Below are positions 41,124-52,346 of a DNA stretch of 64,000 bases, piece by piece. The notes under the pieces are model-generated. The model had not been told where the DNA came from, ran no database searches, and saw only the letters and a program-made list of their open reading frames with translations. Positions within the stretch are counted from its first letter, which is position 1, and every line of letters begins with the position of its first letter. The position numbers and the translations under genes are program-made. The stretch is from contig NMRA01000109.1 of NCBI GenBank assembly GCA_002633005.1, positions 86,971-150,970 on the forward strand, in the 5' to 3' direction. The DNA is from Phoronis australis (lineage: Eukaryota; Animalia; Phoronida).

Positions 41124-42200
41124 ACCGCAAAAAACGTCGAATCCATCACAAAACGGGAAAATGTCATTGTCTCTTTAATAGAAAGCTATTTGCCAAATCC
41201 AATAAAAATCCTTCAAGGAACTTGGAAGTAAAAGAGGAAAACAAAAAAAAAATGAAATTGCCACTAGGTGGCACAGATTCATTGGAAAGTCATCGTTGTC
41301 CGTTGTTAACTTTACATAAATACACTTACTAAAAGTAATCAAGATCCTGCAGTGGGTTTAGGAGATACAGCTCTGGGCGCAAAAAGCAAAACTGCCACTA
41401 GGAGGCGCCACAGTAGTCGATGTCGTCGAAAAATCATCATTAACCGTCCTCTTCACACTGAGAACATATGTGGTAATTTTCAAAATTATGCTTAGAGTGG
41501 TTTGGTTGGTAGAGGGGCGGACGCCAAAAACAGACAAGGAAAGTACAATAAAAATGCCCCTTAGGTGACGTAAAATATGTCAAATCATCCAAAAACGCCG
41601 TTTATGTAATAGAAGCTGTTTGCCAAATTTCATATAAATTCATTAAGGGAACTTCAGAGAAACATGGGAAAACGGAAAAAATGAAATTGCCACTAGGGGG
41701 CACAGCGTTTGTTAGATCCGTCTAAAAGTCGTCGTCGTCCGCTGTCAACTTCATATTAATACACTTGCAAAATTTGATATAGATCCTGCAATGGTCTTAG
41801 TAGAAACAGTCATGTGCGCTACAAAAAACAAAACTGCCACTAGGAGGAGTCAAAGTCGTCAAAGTCGTCTGAAGGTTATCGTCAACCGTTCTCTTCACAC
41901 TAAGGACATATATGTCAATTTTCACAATCATTCAATGAATGGTTTGTTTGATGGAGGGGCAGACTCGAAAACAGTGAAAATGGCCACTGGGTGGAACAAA
42001 ATACCTCAAATACATCCGAAAATGGGAGCATAGTGCCGTCTCCCTAATAGATGGTTTTGTGCCAAATTTCATGAAAATCCTTTCAGGAGGTTTGAAGATA
42101 CAGAGGTAAATGTATAAAACTAGGATTGCCACTAGGGGGTACACCAGTTGTTTGATCCATCCGAAATTTGTCGTCATCTGTCATGTGGGCTCATAAAAAC
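41124..42200 (+). repeat. Degenerate tandem repeat (~430-bp unit of three ~143-bp subunits) with CCACTAGGGGGC-type motifs
   Basis: Motif at about 41261, 41395, 41557, 41690, 41837, 41984 and 42129. TTGCCAAAT..AAAATCCTTCA-type blocks recur. Absent from Sola3 copy B. Confidence 0.75.
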
Positions 42201-44129
42201 CCGTGTTCCATTCAGAAACTTATGAGGTGCACATCTGAATACGGCTGACCGACAAGTCAGAGATGACTGCACGGCAAAAGTACTGAATTAGTGAAAAATT
42301 AGGATCAACTGCCATTACAATTTCAAAGGGGAGTGAACTGTATTGTCAATTTTTGAGTCGTGGGGTATAATCATAAGTGGAGATTCTTTCCATACTTAGA
42401 AAATAATTTGACGTAAATATTAAAATACAAATTACGGCATGCAATCACCTCAGGGATGGTTGCCATCATTGCTCTGGCATAATCTACTAGCTTCAATGAG
42501 GACCCAATGGCAAATCTGGTGACCATTTCACCAGCTCTCAGAAGTCACAGATATGCACTTACAATGTAAGATGTGTGTAAAGATGGATCACCTTTTGTAA
42601 AAGTATGGTACATACTTTTTCGGTATTAACATGTGTCACACTTTTGAACCATTTGAATAAATATGGATCACAGATGCGATAAATATGAAGTAAATTTTTA
42701 GCAATTGCTACTAATATCTTACTTGTACCAACAGCGACTAACAAACAAACTGGCGAAAAATCTTTTGCGACATGCGGAAGTTAACGCCCCGTTCAATCTT
42801 CCGCTTCGTTTTAGCTGACTTCTGGATAACAGCACGTCAATTTTTGTCTAAAGCCACGTCCAAACCCATGTCGATGTGTAAAACATATAACGGCGTATTT
42901 CCATTGGTTTGCCAGTCCAGCCTCTTCTCTCCAGCTCTGGCAAGAATCAACTGTAATTCCGATATACTTTCAAACTTCTGTGGCTCTTTGCACGATCTCA
43001 CATGACTTCTGACGTCTTTAACACGGCTAATAAAGGCCACATTTCCTCTGCGATCCCACTTTAGTAACGAAAATTGACCAAATGTACAAGAAGGAAATTC
43101 CTCCCTATTCTTTGCAGTGACAGAAAGTGCATACAATTTCGAACCCTAGTAAAAATAACAGAGTGTTTCAGAAAATTGGGGTCTCAAAAGTGAAGCTTAA
43201 AGTTTTGTGATATTTCATTGTTGATATTAGATCAACTATTTTAGGTGATATCTCTGAACTAAAAGAGTAGCCTCAATTCTCTTGTCGGTCAGAGTAAGGC
43301 CACATCACAAAAATGCCCAAATTTGAGGGCCACGTTTAGCACTAAATATACAAGAGACAAGTTTTGTAAGAGCATTTATCAAAGATCAGTCTAAGAAGTG
43401 TCTACACAGAGAATTTCAACTTCAAATATATTCCGATATAGCAGGCAGGTTAAGCAACATCTTGCCACTGGTGACTGGCCTGAAAAGTGGTCTCGGAGTT
43501 TGCTCCCCTGCTGGAAATTTAAATGTACCTATGAGTTTCAAATTTCATTTTCTTACTAACCTTACATGAGTCTTTATGACCATTAATGTCAAACTTTGTC
43601 ACCAGTTTTCCAAATTTGATCTTTTGCCGTTCCAAAAGTGCAGTTTTACTGACATGAAAAAATGCAAAATATGCCTTTATAGCCAAACAGGTCATATTTC
43701 GGTAACCAAAGATCATTGAGTGCAAATATTAAAGCAGTGTATTTTGGGCCAGCATCCCAACACATGCACAAAATATTAGCTCTGTATGAATTTTTGAACA
43801 TTTAGTGGTTTTTCATTTTCATTTGGTTTTTGTATGGAATCATTCCTAACCTCCCATTGTGTAAAAGAAAACATGGATGACAATGAGAAAAAAGGCTTAC
43901 TCGATGAAACATATCGCGCGTGCCTAAATTGGTGACCAGTGACTTTAATGAGATAGGAACACATGACCACACTGGTCCTAGTTCGTCTTTCCGCACCCAG
44001 TATTTTCCGTCGTCATAAGGTTTTGGCTGTTTAAAGTTCTTATCTCAAAGGGCAATCTAGTTCAAAAACTGAAAAGTATTTACCAAATTAAGTAATATTT
44101 AACACGGCATAATTTTGTCCTTCACCAAT

Positions 44130-44329
44130 GCACATGCTAGAACTTCCTGGAATTTATCCAATCATTCTACAAACATATACTAGTCTCTAGAATATTCTGG
44201 ACTGCATTAATCACTGTCATGCTAGAGTCTTCTAGGAAGTTCCTCACTATAAATTACATCATCAGGGGTCATGCCAATCAAACAGCAACAAAAGAAAACA
44301 ATACAACTAAAAACAGTGTCAGTCTGACA
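44130..44329 (-). mobile_element. 5' fragment of the 20806-21485 LTR family
   Basis: Reverse complement of ~20806-21040 (CTCTAGAATATTC..GACTGCATTAATCAC..CATGCTAGAGTCTTCTAG). Ends in TGACA. Confidence 0.8.
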
Positions 44330-44799
44330 ATGGCAATAGCGTATACGAGTAATCCAGGATTATGTTGGCCTTTGTCGGTGATTATTTGATTTCTATTTTG
44401 TTGATATCGACCATCCCTTGGCTCAGTTGGTTGTGGCTCACGTATGTCTGACACATGTCTCGTGCAGGTGGGCAGAAAGTTCGCAAAATGGGAAATCGAA
44501 TTCATTGTCTGATTTTTTAATTATTTGAGTGCAATGCCCGTATCCCCTACCCTCTCTGTCTGCACGTTCATAGTGAAGTTCTTGCTCGAAATCGTCCTCG
44601 TCTTCTCATCTGCTGTGTTCCACCATTGCAATTGATTGTCAAGTGACCATCGCCTTCCACCTATTAAATCATTTGGCCGGAAACTTGGAAATTGAAAATT
44701 TTCTTCTAAATTAAAAATTCGCAGTTATTTGGCTTCAATAGTGCCTCTTAAGTTGAATTTTAGTATATTAATTTCAAATTAGCATACTGAAACCTCAAA

Positions 44800-46300
44800 T
44801 ACTAAGACAATGCATGTTGGGAACTCTCTAAAGTATTCCGATCAACCGCCTTTCAGAATTACGTTTGACTTAACAACTTCATAAATACTTTTCAAAATTT
44901 TTAACATGGTATTGTTTACATTTTCCTTATCATTTTTCCCAGAGTATACTTTTACAAATACAATCGAAAGACTTTGCAAAAGTCTATGTATGGGCAATAC
45001 ATTTTTACCTGATATGGCTAACTAACTGAACTAGTGTGTTTAGAGCCGAAGTAATATCTACTGCACTTTAACCTTTCTTATACCCGCCTGTGACAGATTG
45101 TTTACAGAATTTGCCCACTCTACTAATCGCTCATTAAAATACACCTTAGACACGTTTGACAAAAGAGTAATTACTCCATATTTCACTGCACTGTCATAAC
45201 GTCCACTTTCAAGAAGCGGAATCACCCCACGATCTAACTATTTCTCTGGGAAGTAGCCAGTACTACAATTGAACAGGTTACATGACACACCCGAAGTATT
45301 TTTTTTCTCTCTTTGAGGAGTTCACTGCATACAGTATTCCGCATTACTCGGGCGATATCCCAGGCTTCAATTTGTCAACACTCTTCTCGACTTCAACTGA
45401 AGTGATTTTCTTTGCCGTCAAGGATATGATTGTAACACATGGGTTCCTCATAGACAGTTCTATTCTCATCATTAACTTCTAAATTTGTGCATAAAGATGA
45501 GAAATGGTCAATAAGAATCCAGCATTAACAGCAGACAAGGGATATTTACAAGTTTTGTTAGAGTTTTCCGAGTTTTTTTAAACTGGAGTTTTATTTCTCA
45601 TTGTTTTAAATTACTGATATCTTGATCGTTTTTAACTATTGCAAATTATTTTCTCTCAGTCTTAATTGTACTTAATATGTTTTCACCTCGCTGTCTTAAT
45701 TCCTTTATTGATAAATACATGTACATAGAACATATCGCTTTCCGACTTTCATTGTAAAACCAAGTTGCATCACCTCGTTGCTTTTTCGCCGGGTACCATT
45801 GGCATTCCATTTTCCCCTCACCATCCCACAATATTAATTATTTTTTGCAAAGTTCCTTCAATGCTCATCTGAGTAGTCACTTCACATCCTGCAATTGCAT
45901 TATATATTTCCCGTGAAGGACTCGCTGTATTTTCTTCCCTTGTGTTTGTGACACAGGCAATATTTTCTGGCACGTCGTCACTGCTAACATACATGTAATT
46001 TATGCTCGCAACAAAAGGAAACGCCCCTTCTCAATTCTGCCAATCATACCATATGCTGGGAAGCGTTCCAACATATCAATTGAGGCGATAACGTAATATG
46101 TTGTCCTGGCTTCTTGGCTACCGGCTTATGAAATTAATCTTTCACTTGCATTGTCATGAAATATTTCTGAGCAAAATGGGTATTGATTTACGCCGTGATC
46201 TGCTTGACCTCGTTTAAGAATCAAGTTGCATACCGCCGGCAGCTGTCACCCTCCATCCATGTTAAAATTGGCGCATCTGCTTCTAATATGGAGAGCCCCA
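44800..46300 (-). pseudogene. Highly decayed non-LTR retrotransposon ORF2 (APE-RT)
   Basis: Fragments in the expected order: TTYYVIAS (IDY-like), TWFYNES (PWF-like), ITSVEVEKSVDKLKPGISPE*CGI, KSFDCICKSILWEKM (KAFD-like). Many stops. Confidence 0.65.
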
Positions 46301-46942
46301 TGATCTTTTTGAGTACCAGTGTTCTTCAATAATATCATATGTTCATTTGTATTGATGCCATCTGGCCCAAAGTACAGTAAATAAAAATTAAATAGGCACA
46401 TTTGCACACGCCGACAACACATTCAGGAATCGTTATCTTCTTTTAAGAGCAGAATACATATTTTGATAACAGATAAAGCTGGATTAGCTAACAGGCGTGT
46501 GCAAGATTTTTTAGTTGGGTGCTTCCATTGAACTTATTTCAGAAAATGTGACCTACATGTAGGTTCATAATATCGCTTGCAAATCAACAAGCAGTGGTAT
46601 TCATCTTCTAAAAGAAGAAAAAACAAACATAACCTATTATAATATTATCTGGTGTCTACCCATGTTCACTTCTAGCGTAACTTAAGATATGGTACAAAAC
46701 AGTACAGAGCCTTAAAATTGCAGTAGTATTTAAGTTTTCGGTTATGCTCAATTTAATTCTGACCGTCAACCTTGCTCATAGCACTGCGTCATGAACTCTT
46801 TGTGCGACGACACTGAAATGAGACTTCGTACACGTACCAGACACATTCATTCAACCAAATTTCCCAAAACCGTATTTTGATATCAGTTGTCTAAAAGAAG
46901 AAGACACTCAAGTGTTTTTCCATCCCGATCTAAATCAGTTAA

Positions 46943-49900
46943 GAACAATTCCATATAAAAACCAGATGGTGGGCTATATATGCAAAATCACCAATTTTTT
47001 TGAAACTTAGCATATCAGCTGGCCTTGTCAAAAGAAACCTGAGCCTGAATTTTTAAGAGTTTCCGAGTTTTTTTTAACCCTTTTTACGACCACTTTGTAC
47101 TTTTTCCGAAAAATAGCAAATAATAGTACTTGGAAGTAGGTGACTTTTTGTCAGCAACAACACATCATCGCTTCACGCTATAGAAATAATAACTATATAG
47201 CAGAAAGAACAAAGAATAACGTACAAGAAAAACTAGTTCGGATGGATTTTTTGATTTTTTATGTCCTCCCATTTTAGCCTACAAAAATGTCATTTTCACT
47301 GCTTATTATTAAGGCCATTTTTACGCATTTTTATCACTCTCCCAAATCTATATCAGATTTTTTTGGAACATGAGTTAACTTCCATCTGTTACTGCTGCCT
47401 TTGTTCATCCCAACGCAAGAATAAAAAATCTTGTCTCTTTCATAGTTTTTGTGCTGTCAGTTTTTTACATAACTCACTTACACACTTTTCTGCCAATCTG
47501 TGATTGTCAGTTTGATTAAAAGACTCTAGGAGGCGCTACTCGATTGTGCAATTATATCGACCAAAATGCCAAATAGAACAAATATCATTAGTTTTGCTAC
47601 ATTAGTGACGAAGGAGATCACGGGAAGCTGTATGAGAGATTTTTTCTTCGCGGATTTTCAGTTTTGCTGGCGCAAAAATAAAAATTTGTTATAGGATTAC
47701 AGAAATCAAAAAAGTCAATTTTAATGTACTTACGAGTTGATAATACAATCCCATCACCATCTCATACTTCAGAGAAGCAGGTTTTATTCTTATTAAGGGA
47801 GCCCTTTACCCCTTGCTTGGCCAGTTTTCAAACACCGTAACTGACTAAGAATCCCACGCCCTGCCTGCAGTGCATGCTGGTCCATTTTCAGACCTCCTGG
47901 ACAAATCCCTGTATATGCGCATGAAACAGTCCTCTAAAACCATTAGCAAAGTTCATACTAAAACTAATCAAGATCTTCGAGATCACACGTGAAAAGAGGA
48001 CGGTGGATATGAGCAGAAGTGTCGTGTTATTGGACATACAAAGTGTCACGCAATGCTTCTTGTACTACACAAAATCGACCGAGCCTGGTGGCAGTGCGCC
48101 AGTGGAATTTGCAATTTCAGAAAAATAACAGGTACGGATATTTAGGATTGAAAACATAATACTTTCAGTGATATCCAAGAAACCGGCTTTCCAAACCAGT
48201 ATTTAAGCAATTGGGTGTTGTTGCGACTTACCAGCTAAGTTTCACAATATGTAAATTCCGTTCATGCGGCGGACTCAAAACCACAGTTTCTTGTAGGTAT
48301 GCTAGATTTAGTGTATGATGCATTTCTACACAACACTTCAAAAAACTGCATTTTGTTTGAAGAAAACAAGAGCTACAGAAACACAAAGTCTTTTTATTTT
48401 GCTCAGTACACATGTCTAAGGTAGACGTTTCTCAAAACTAGATAATCACTCCTTTAAAAATCTCAGTACTTTCAAGAGAATCAATCATATAAAAAGTATG
48501 GTTTACGAGTCTCAAACTGAACATAAAACAAAAAACGCTAGTAAAAAGTGACAGAAGATTTCAATGTTGACCATCAGTGGCTTGGATTATTTTCCCCAAA
48601 CAGCCACCACTCAAATCTCTCCCCCATGGAAGCCCCTAATTCGCGTCATATTCCATTTTTTTCCAATTTCACCCAGGGTGGACTCCAGTCCCCTAGCTAC
48701 GATAATGATGACCACAACAATATCGTAAGAATAGACAACAACTAAAACATGTTCATAATTTCCTACAGTTTATGATGATAACTCATTCATGACTTCAAGC
48801 TCCAACTCATTCATTGAGGCAAACTCGTGGGCAGCAGCAGCATCAGCATCCTCAATATTCTGAATATTTCCGATTCGAGACGCGGCAACCATACGGGAAA
48901 AATCCAGCAATCTGCTACTCTGACAGTCACTCTTCAGAGGAGAAAACTTTTCTTTGCTTATTCCTGGCTTCTCGCATCATCTTTTCACAACCTCAGCTGG
49001 CTGTTGTTTTCTGCCTGACTGTTCACCTTCAGAAAATATATCACTGAGTTAAGTCTTTACCTTCTCAGAGAAGCGGACCGCGTTTCTAGTACTTTTCAGG
49101 GCCCTATCCTGCGGCGACTTGATCAACAACGTAAACGGCGGACAACTCAGGTGATGATACAGCTGTGGTAGTGGATAAAATCTCAGATTGTCTTGAAATG
49201 TGGTCAAACTGAGTCTCGTTCTGGAGGGATGATGAATGAGCACCAACATCCAAGTGCTCACTTAGCTCAGCATCTGTAGGAAAAGATTTCGAGCACCCAT
49301 AGTGTGTGCATGTGAACTTCGTATGACGTTCACGGGATACCAGCCCCGACTCAACCCTTGGAGTTGTAAAACACTCGAGTGTTGCAAGGTCAAGACTTTT
49401 CAGAGGCAACAGTTTACATGACTTGTTGATGACAAGTTTTCCCTCCCCTACTCTATGGGCCTTCCATGCTCGAATGCCATCTGCGGAATACTCAAAGTTT
49501 GTCAGCAAACTTATCCCTGGGATACTGTGCTTGGGGAGGACCTTTGGGGCATTCACACTACAGGACGACACCTAACAGCCTTTGACATCTCCTCTAGACT
49601 CTAGCGCATGTTTCAGGTCGACTGCATTTTGAACGTTGTTGCCTTCATTGACGAAGTACTTGGCATGGGCCTTCAAGGGTGCGATTTTCCTGTCACAGAT
49701 GTCTTTTCCCTTCTGACTTTCACTGAAGTCGTAGCGCAGAATGGAGATGCCGGTGTTACCAGATATGTAGAACAAATGAATCAGAAGGGCGGCTGAATGG
49801 TAACAATTGGCATTGTCGGAGCGTAGGAAAGCTTCCGTTATTTGTGGATCCCTAGCTTTCACCTGCCTTAGCACATCTAGCGTTAAACAGCAAACAGTGA

Positions 49901-51660
49901 AAAAGTCTTGCTTGCAGGCATCTAGAGTATGGATGTAAGTATGTACCTGAAATACAATAATTATGTAACTCAAATAGGTCAGCTAGTTTAAAGAACTACC
50001 TTATTATATCTTATTACCACCTAAACAGCAATCACGCCACTCAACTTCAAACATGGTTCGTCTCAACACGGTTATTATATCAGTAGCTCCTTCAAAACAT
50101 TTCTAGGGAGGGGGGAAATTTCCCCTTCACAAAGATATAAAAATCATCCATAAGTACAAAATGGCTTCAGTTAAAATGAAGTCTTGTGTGCAAAATCTAC
50201 TAAGAGAAAAATAACGCATCACTGTCAAGCTTTTGTTGGGAAATGGCAAGAAAAAGACTAGATATTACGTGCACACTTCCTGTATCTTGTACTGTTACAG
50301 TAAATCAATATACTAAAAAGAGGTAAAGGCAACAGCATTGTTCATCACTGACTTTCTGTTTAATATTGAGCACATCTGAGAATTACTTTGTAGCACCTTG
50401 AATACTAATTGAGGGTTTATTTTTACCTGATGGCTTTCACCTTTCTTTGTGATACAAGCCGCCACGTGCCATGACATCCTTTTTACCAAACCAATCGGAC
50501 TGTGCTTCACGGAAACTGATGGGTATGAACTTCATTGCAAAATCCATTACAACCAAAACTTGGTGTGGGGTGAGAGATGACATCAGATCCTGCTTTGCTT
50601 GTTCCTGGTTTATCCCTCTGACAATATTCTGTGTGTTCGTGATAACAGCACGTCAGTTTTTGTCTAAAACCAAGTCCAAACTCATGTCGATGAGTAAAAT
50701 ATATAACGACGCATTTCCTTTGGTTTGCCAGTCCAGCCTTCTATCTCCAACTCTGGCAAGAATCAGCTGTAATTCCGATATAGTTTCAAACTTCTGTGGC
50801 ACTTTCACGACCTCAGATGACCCAATGAAGGCCACATTTCCTCCGCGATCACACGTATGTAACGAAAATTGACCAAATGTACAAGAAGGAAATTCCTCCA
50901 TATTCTTTGCAGTGACAGGAAGTGCATGTAATCTCGAACCCTAAAGTGCTATTGGTAAAGTTAAACGAAGAATGGAGTGTTTTAGAAAAGTGGGGTCTCA
51001 AAAGTGAAATTTAACTTTTTGTGATATTCCATTGTTGATATTAGATCATACATTTTAGGTGATATCTCTAAACTAAAAGAGTAGCCTCAACTCTCTTGTC
51101 AGTCAGAGTAAGGCCACATCACAAAAATGCCCAAATTCGCGGGCCACGTTTAAAACTAAATATATAAGAGACAAGTTTTTTTAAAAGCAATTATCAACGT
51201 TCAATCTTAGAAGTGTTTACAAAGGGAATTTCAACTTCAAATATATTCCGATATAGCAGGCAGGTTAAGCAACATCTTGCCACTTGTGACTGGCCTGAAA
51301 AGTGGTCTTGGAGTTTTCTCCCCTGCTAGAAATTTAATTGTACCTATGAGTTGCAAATTTCATTTTCTTACTAAACTTACATGAGTCTTTATGACCATCA
51401 ATGTCAAACTTTGTCACCAGTTTTCCAAGTCTGATTTTTTGCCGTTCAAAAAATGCAGTTTTACTGACATGAAAAAATGCAAAATATGACTTTATAGCCA
51501 AATAGGTCATATCTCGGTAACCAAAGGTCATTGAGTGCAAATATTGCAGAAGTGTACTTTGGGCCAGCATCCCAACACACGCACAAAGTATTAGTTATGT
51601 ATGAATTGTTGAGTATATAGTGATTTTTCATTTTCATATGGTTTTTATATGGAATCATTC
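46943..51660 (-). mobile_element. Sola3-type DNA transposon copy B
   Basis: TTAA TSD (46939-46942 and 51661-51664). ~26-bp TIR GAACAATTCCATATAAAAACCAGATG / CATATGGTTTTTATATGGAATCATTC. Contains a transposase remnant. Confidence 0.9.
48780..50940 (-). pseudogene. Sola3-type DDD transposase, spliced, with stops, frameshifts and an internal deletion
   Basis: Motifs MDFAMKFIP..FREAQSDWFGK, SDNANCYH, FSESQKGKDICDR, a C2H2 finger (CTHYGC..F...L..H....H) and ALKSTRNAVRFS. Phase-0 GT-AG intron at 49947-50426. Confidence 0.88.
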
Positions 51661-52043
51661 TTAACATGTTATAAGCCCCTTTAGTAAGTGTAATTTTCAA
51701 CAACTGTAGCCAATATTTTACGTATGTGACAAAGTATTTTGCATGGAGCGGATAAAATTTTCATTCGTCCCATGCAGCTGCGTTTGGGAATGAATTTCTA
51801 ACTAGAAGAGCATTTCATATTCGTAGAGTTTAACACATACCAGTTCAGGTGATTTTTGATTCAGTGGTTTTCGATAAAGGCGCATGCCATAAACGTCGCC
51901 ATTAAACAGAACAGTACGAGAAAATTTGTTTTTTTTATCAAAAATACCAAATAATGTCGAAATCCATGTTTGCCTTTCGTTTTTCTGAATAAGACGCACT
52001 GCACGTGCAATTTGGGTTAACCATTTTATTCCTCATATTCCAG

Positions 52044-52346
52044 ACTGGATTCCAAACATCGATTGCAGGACAACTCAAAAAGGGGAAAAGTACGTTGGTT
52101 ACGTGAGTATGACGATTCAAGGGACCATGTGTGAACCGTGGAACAGGCCTAATGTTGCTCAGGGATCAATGCATCCTGTGAAAAATGGAAAATTCGACCC
52201 GTATACCCAATTCCCTGATGGCCTTAATTATACGAAATACTGCCGAAACCCAGATGGCTCAAGACAACCATGGTGCTTTGTTTATTGGAAAGAGTCCCTA
52301 CCGGAGGGCAAGAGTCGATGGGCTTATTGTGATATACCCATGTGTC
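52044..52346 (+). CDS. Internal coding exon, kringle domain
   Basis: TTCCAG acceptor and GTAAGT donor. 303 bp, phase 1-1, no stops. C..G..Y.G.VS.T..G..C..W...YCRNPDG...PWCF...W.YCDIP.C with six Cys. Confidence 0.93.

Larger units (their letters stand above)
34114..43845 (-). mobile_element. Sola3-type DNA transposon copy A (deleted, carrying nested insertions)
   Basis: TTAA|GAGCAATTCCATATAAAAACC ... GGTTTTTGTATGGAATCATTC|CTAA. Colinear with copy B over 34114-34226, 39880-41123 and 42823-43845. Retains the transposase N-terminus (ELQLILARAG, HR..GLG) at ~42720-43140. Confidence 0.85.

Noticed and set aside
820-42200. Shared ~140-145-bp periodicity in Academ arms and the CTCF-motif repeat as a nucleosome-phasing system
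   Set aside because: The sequences are unrelated and the period is shorter than a typical nucleosome repeat. Coincidence cannot be excluded.
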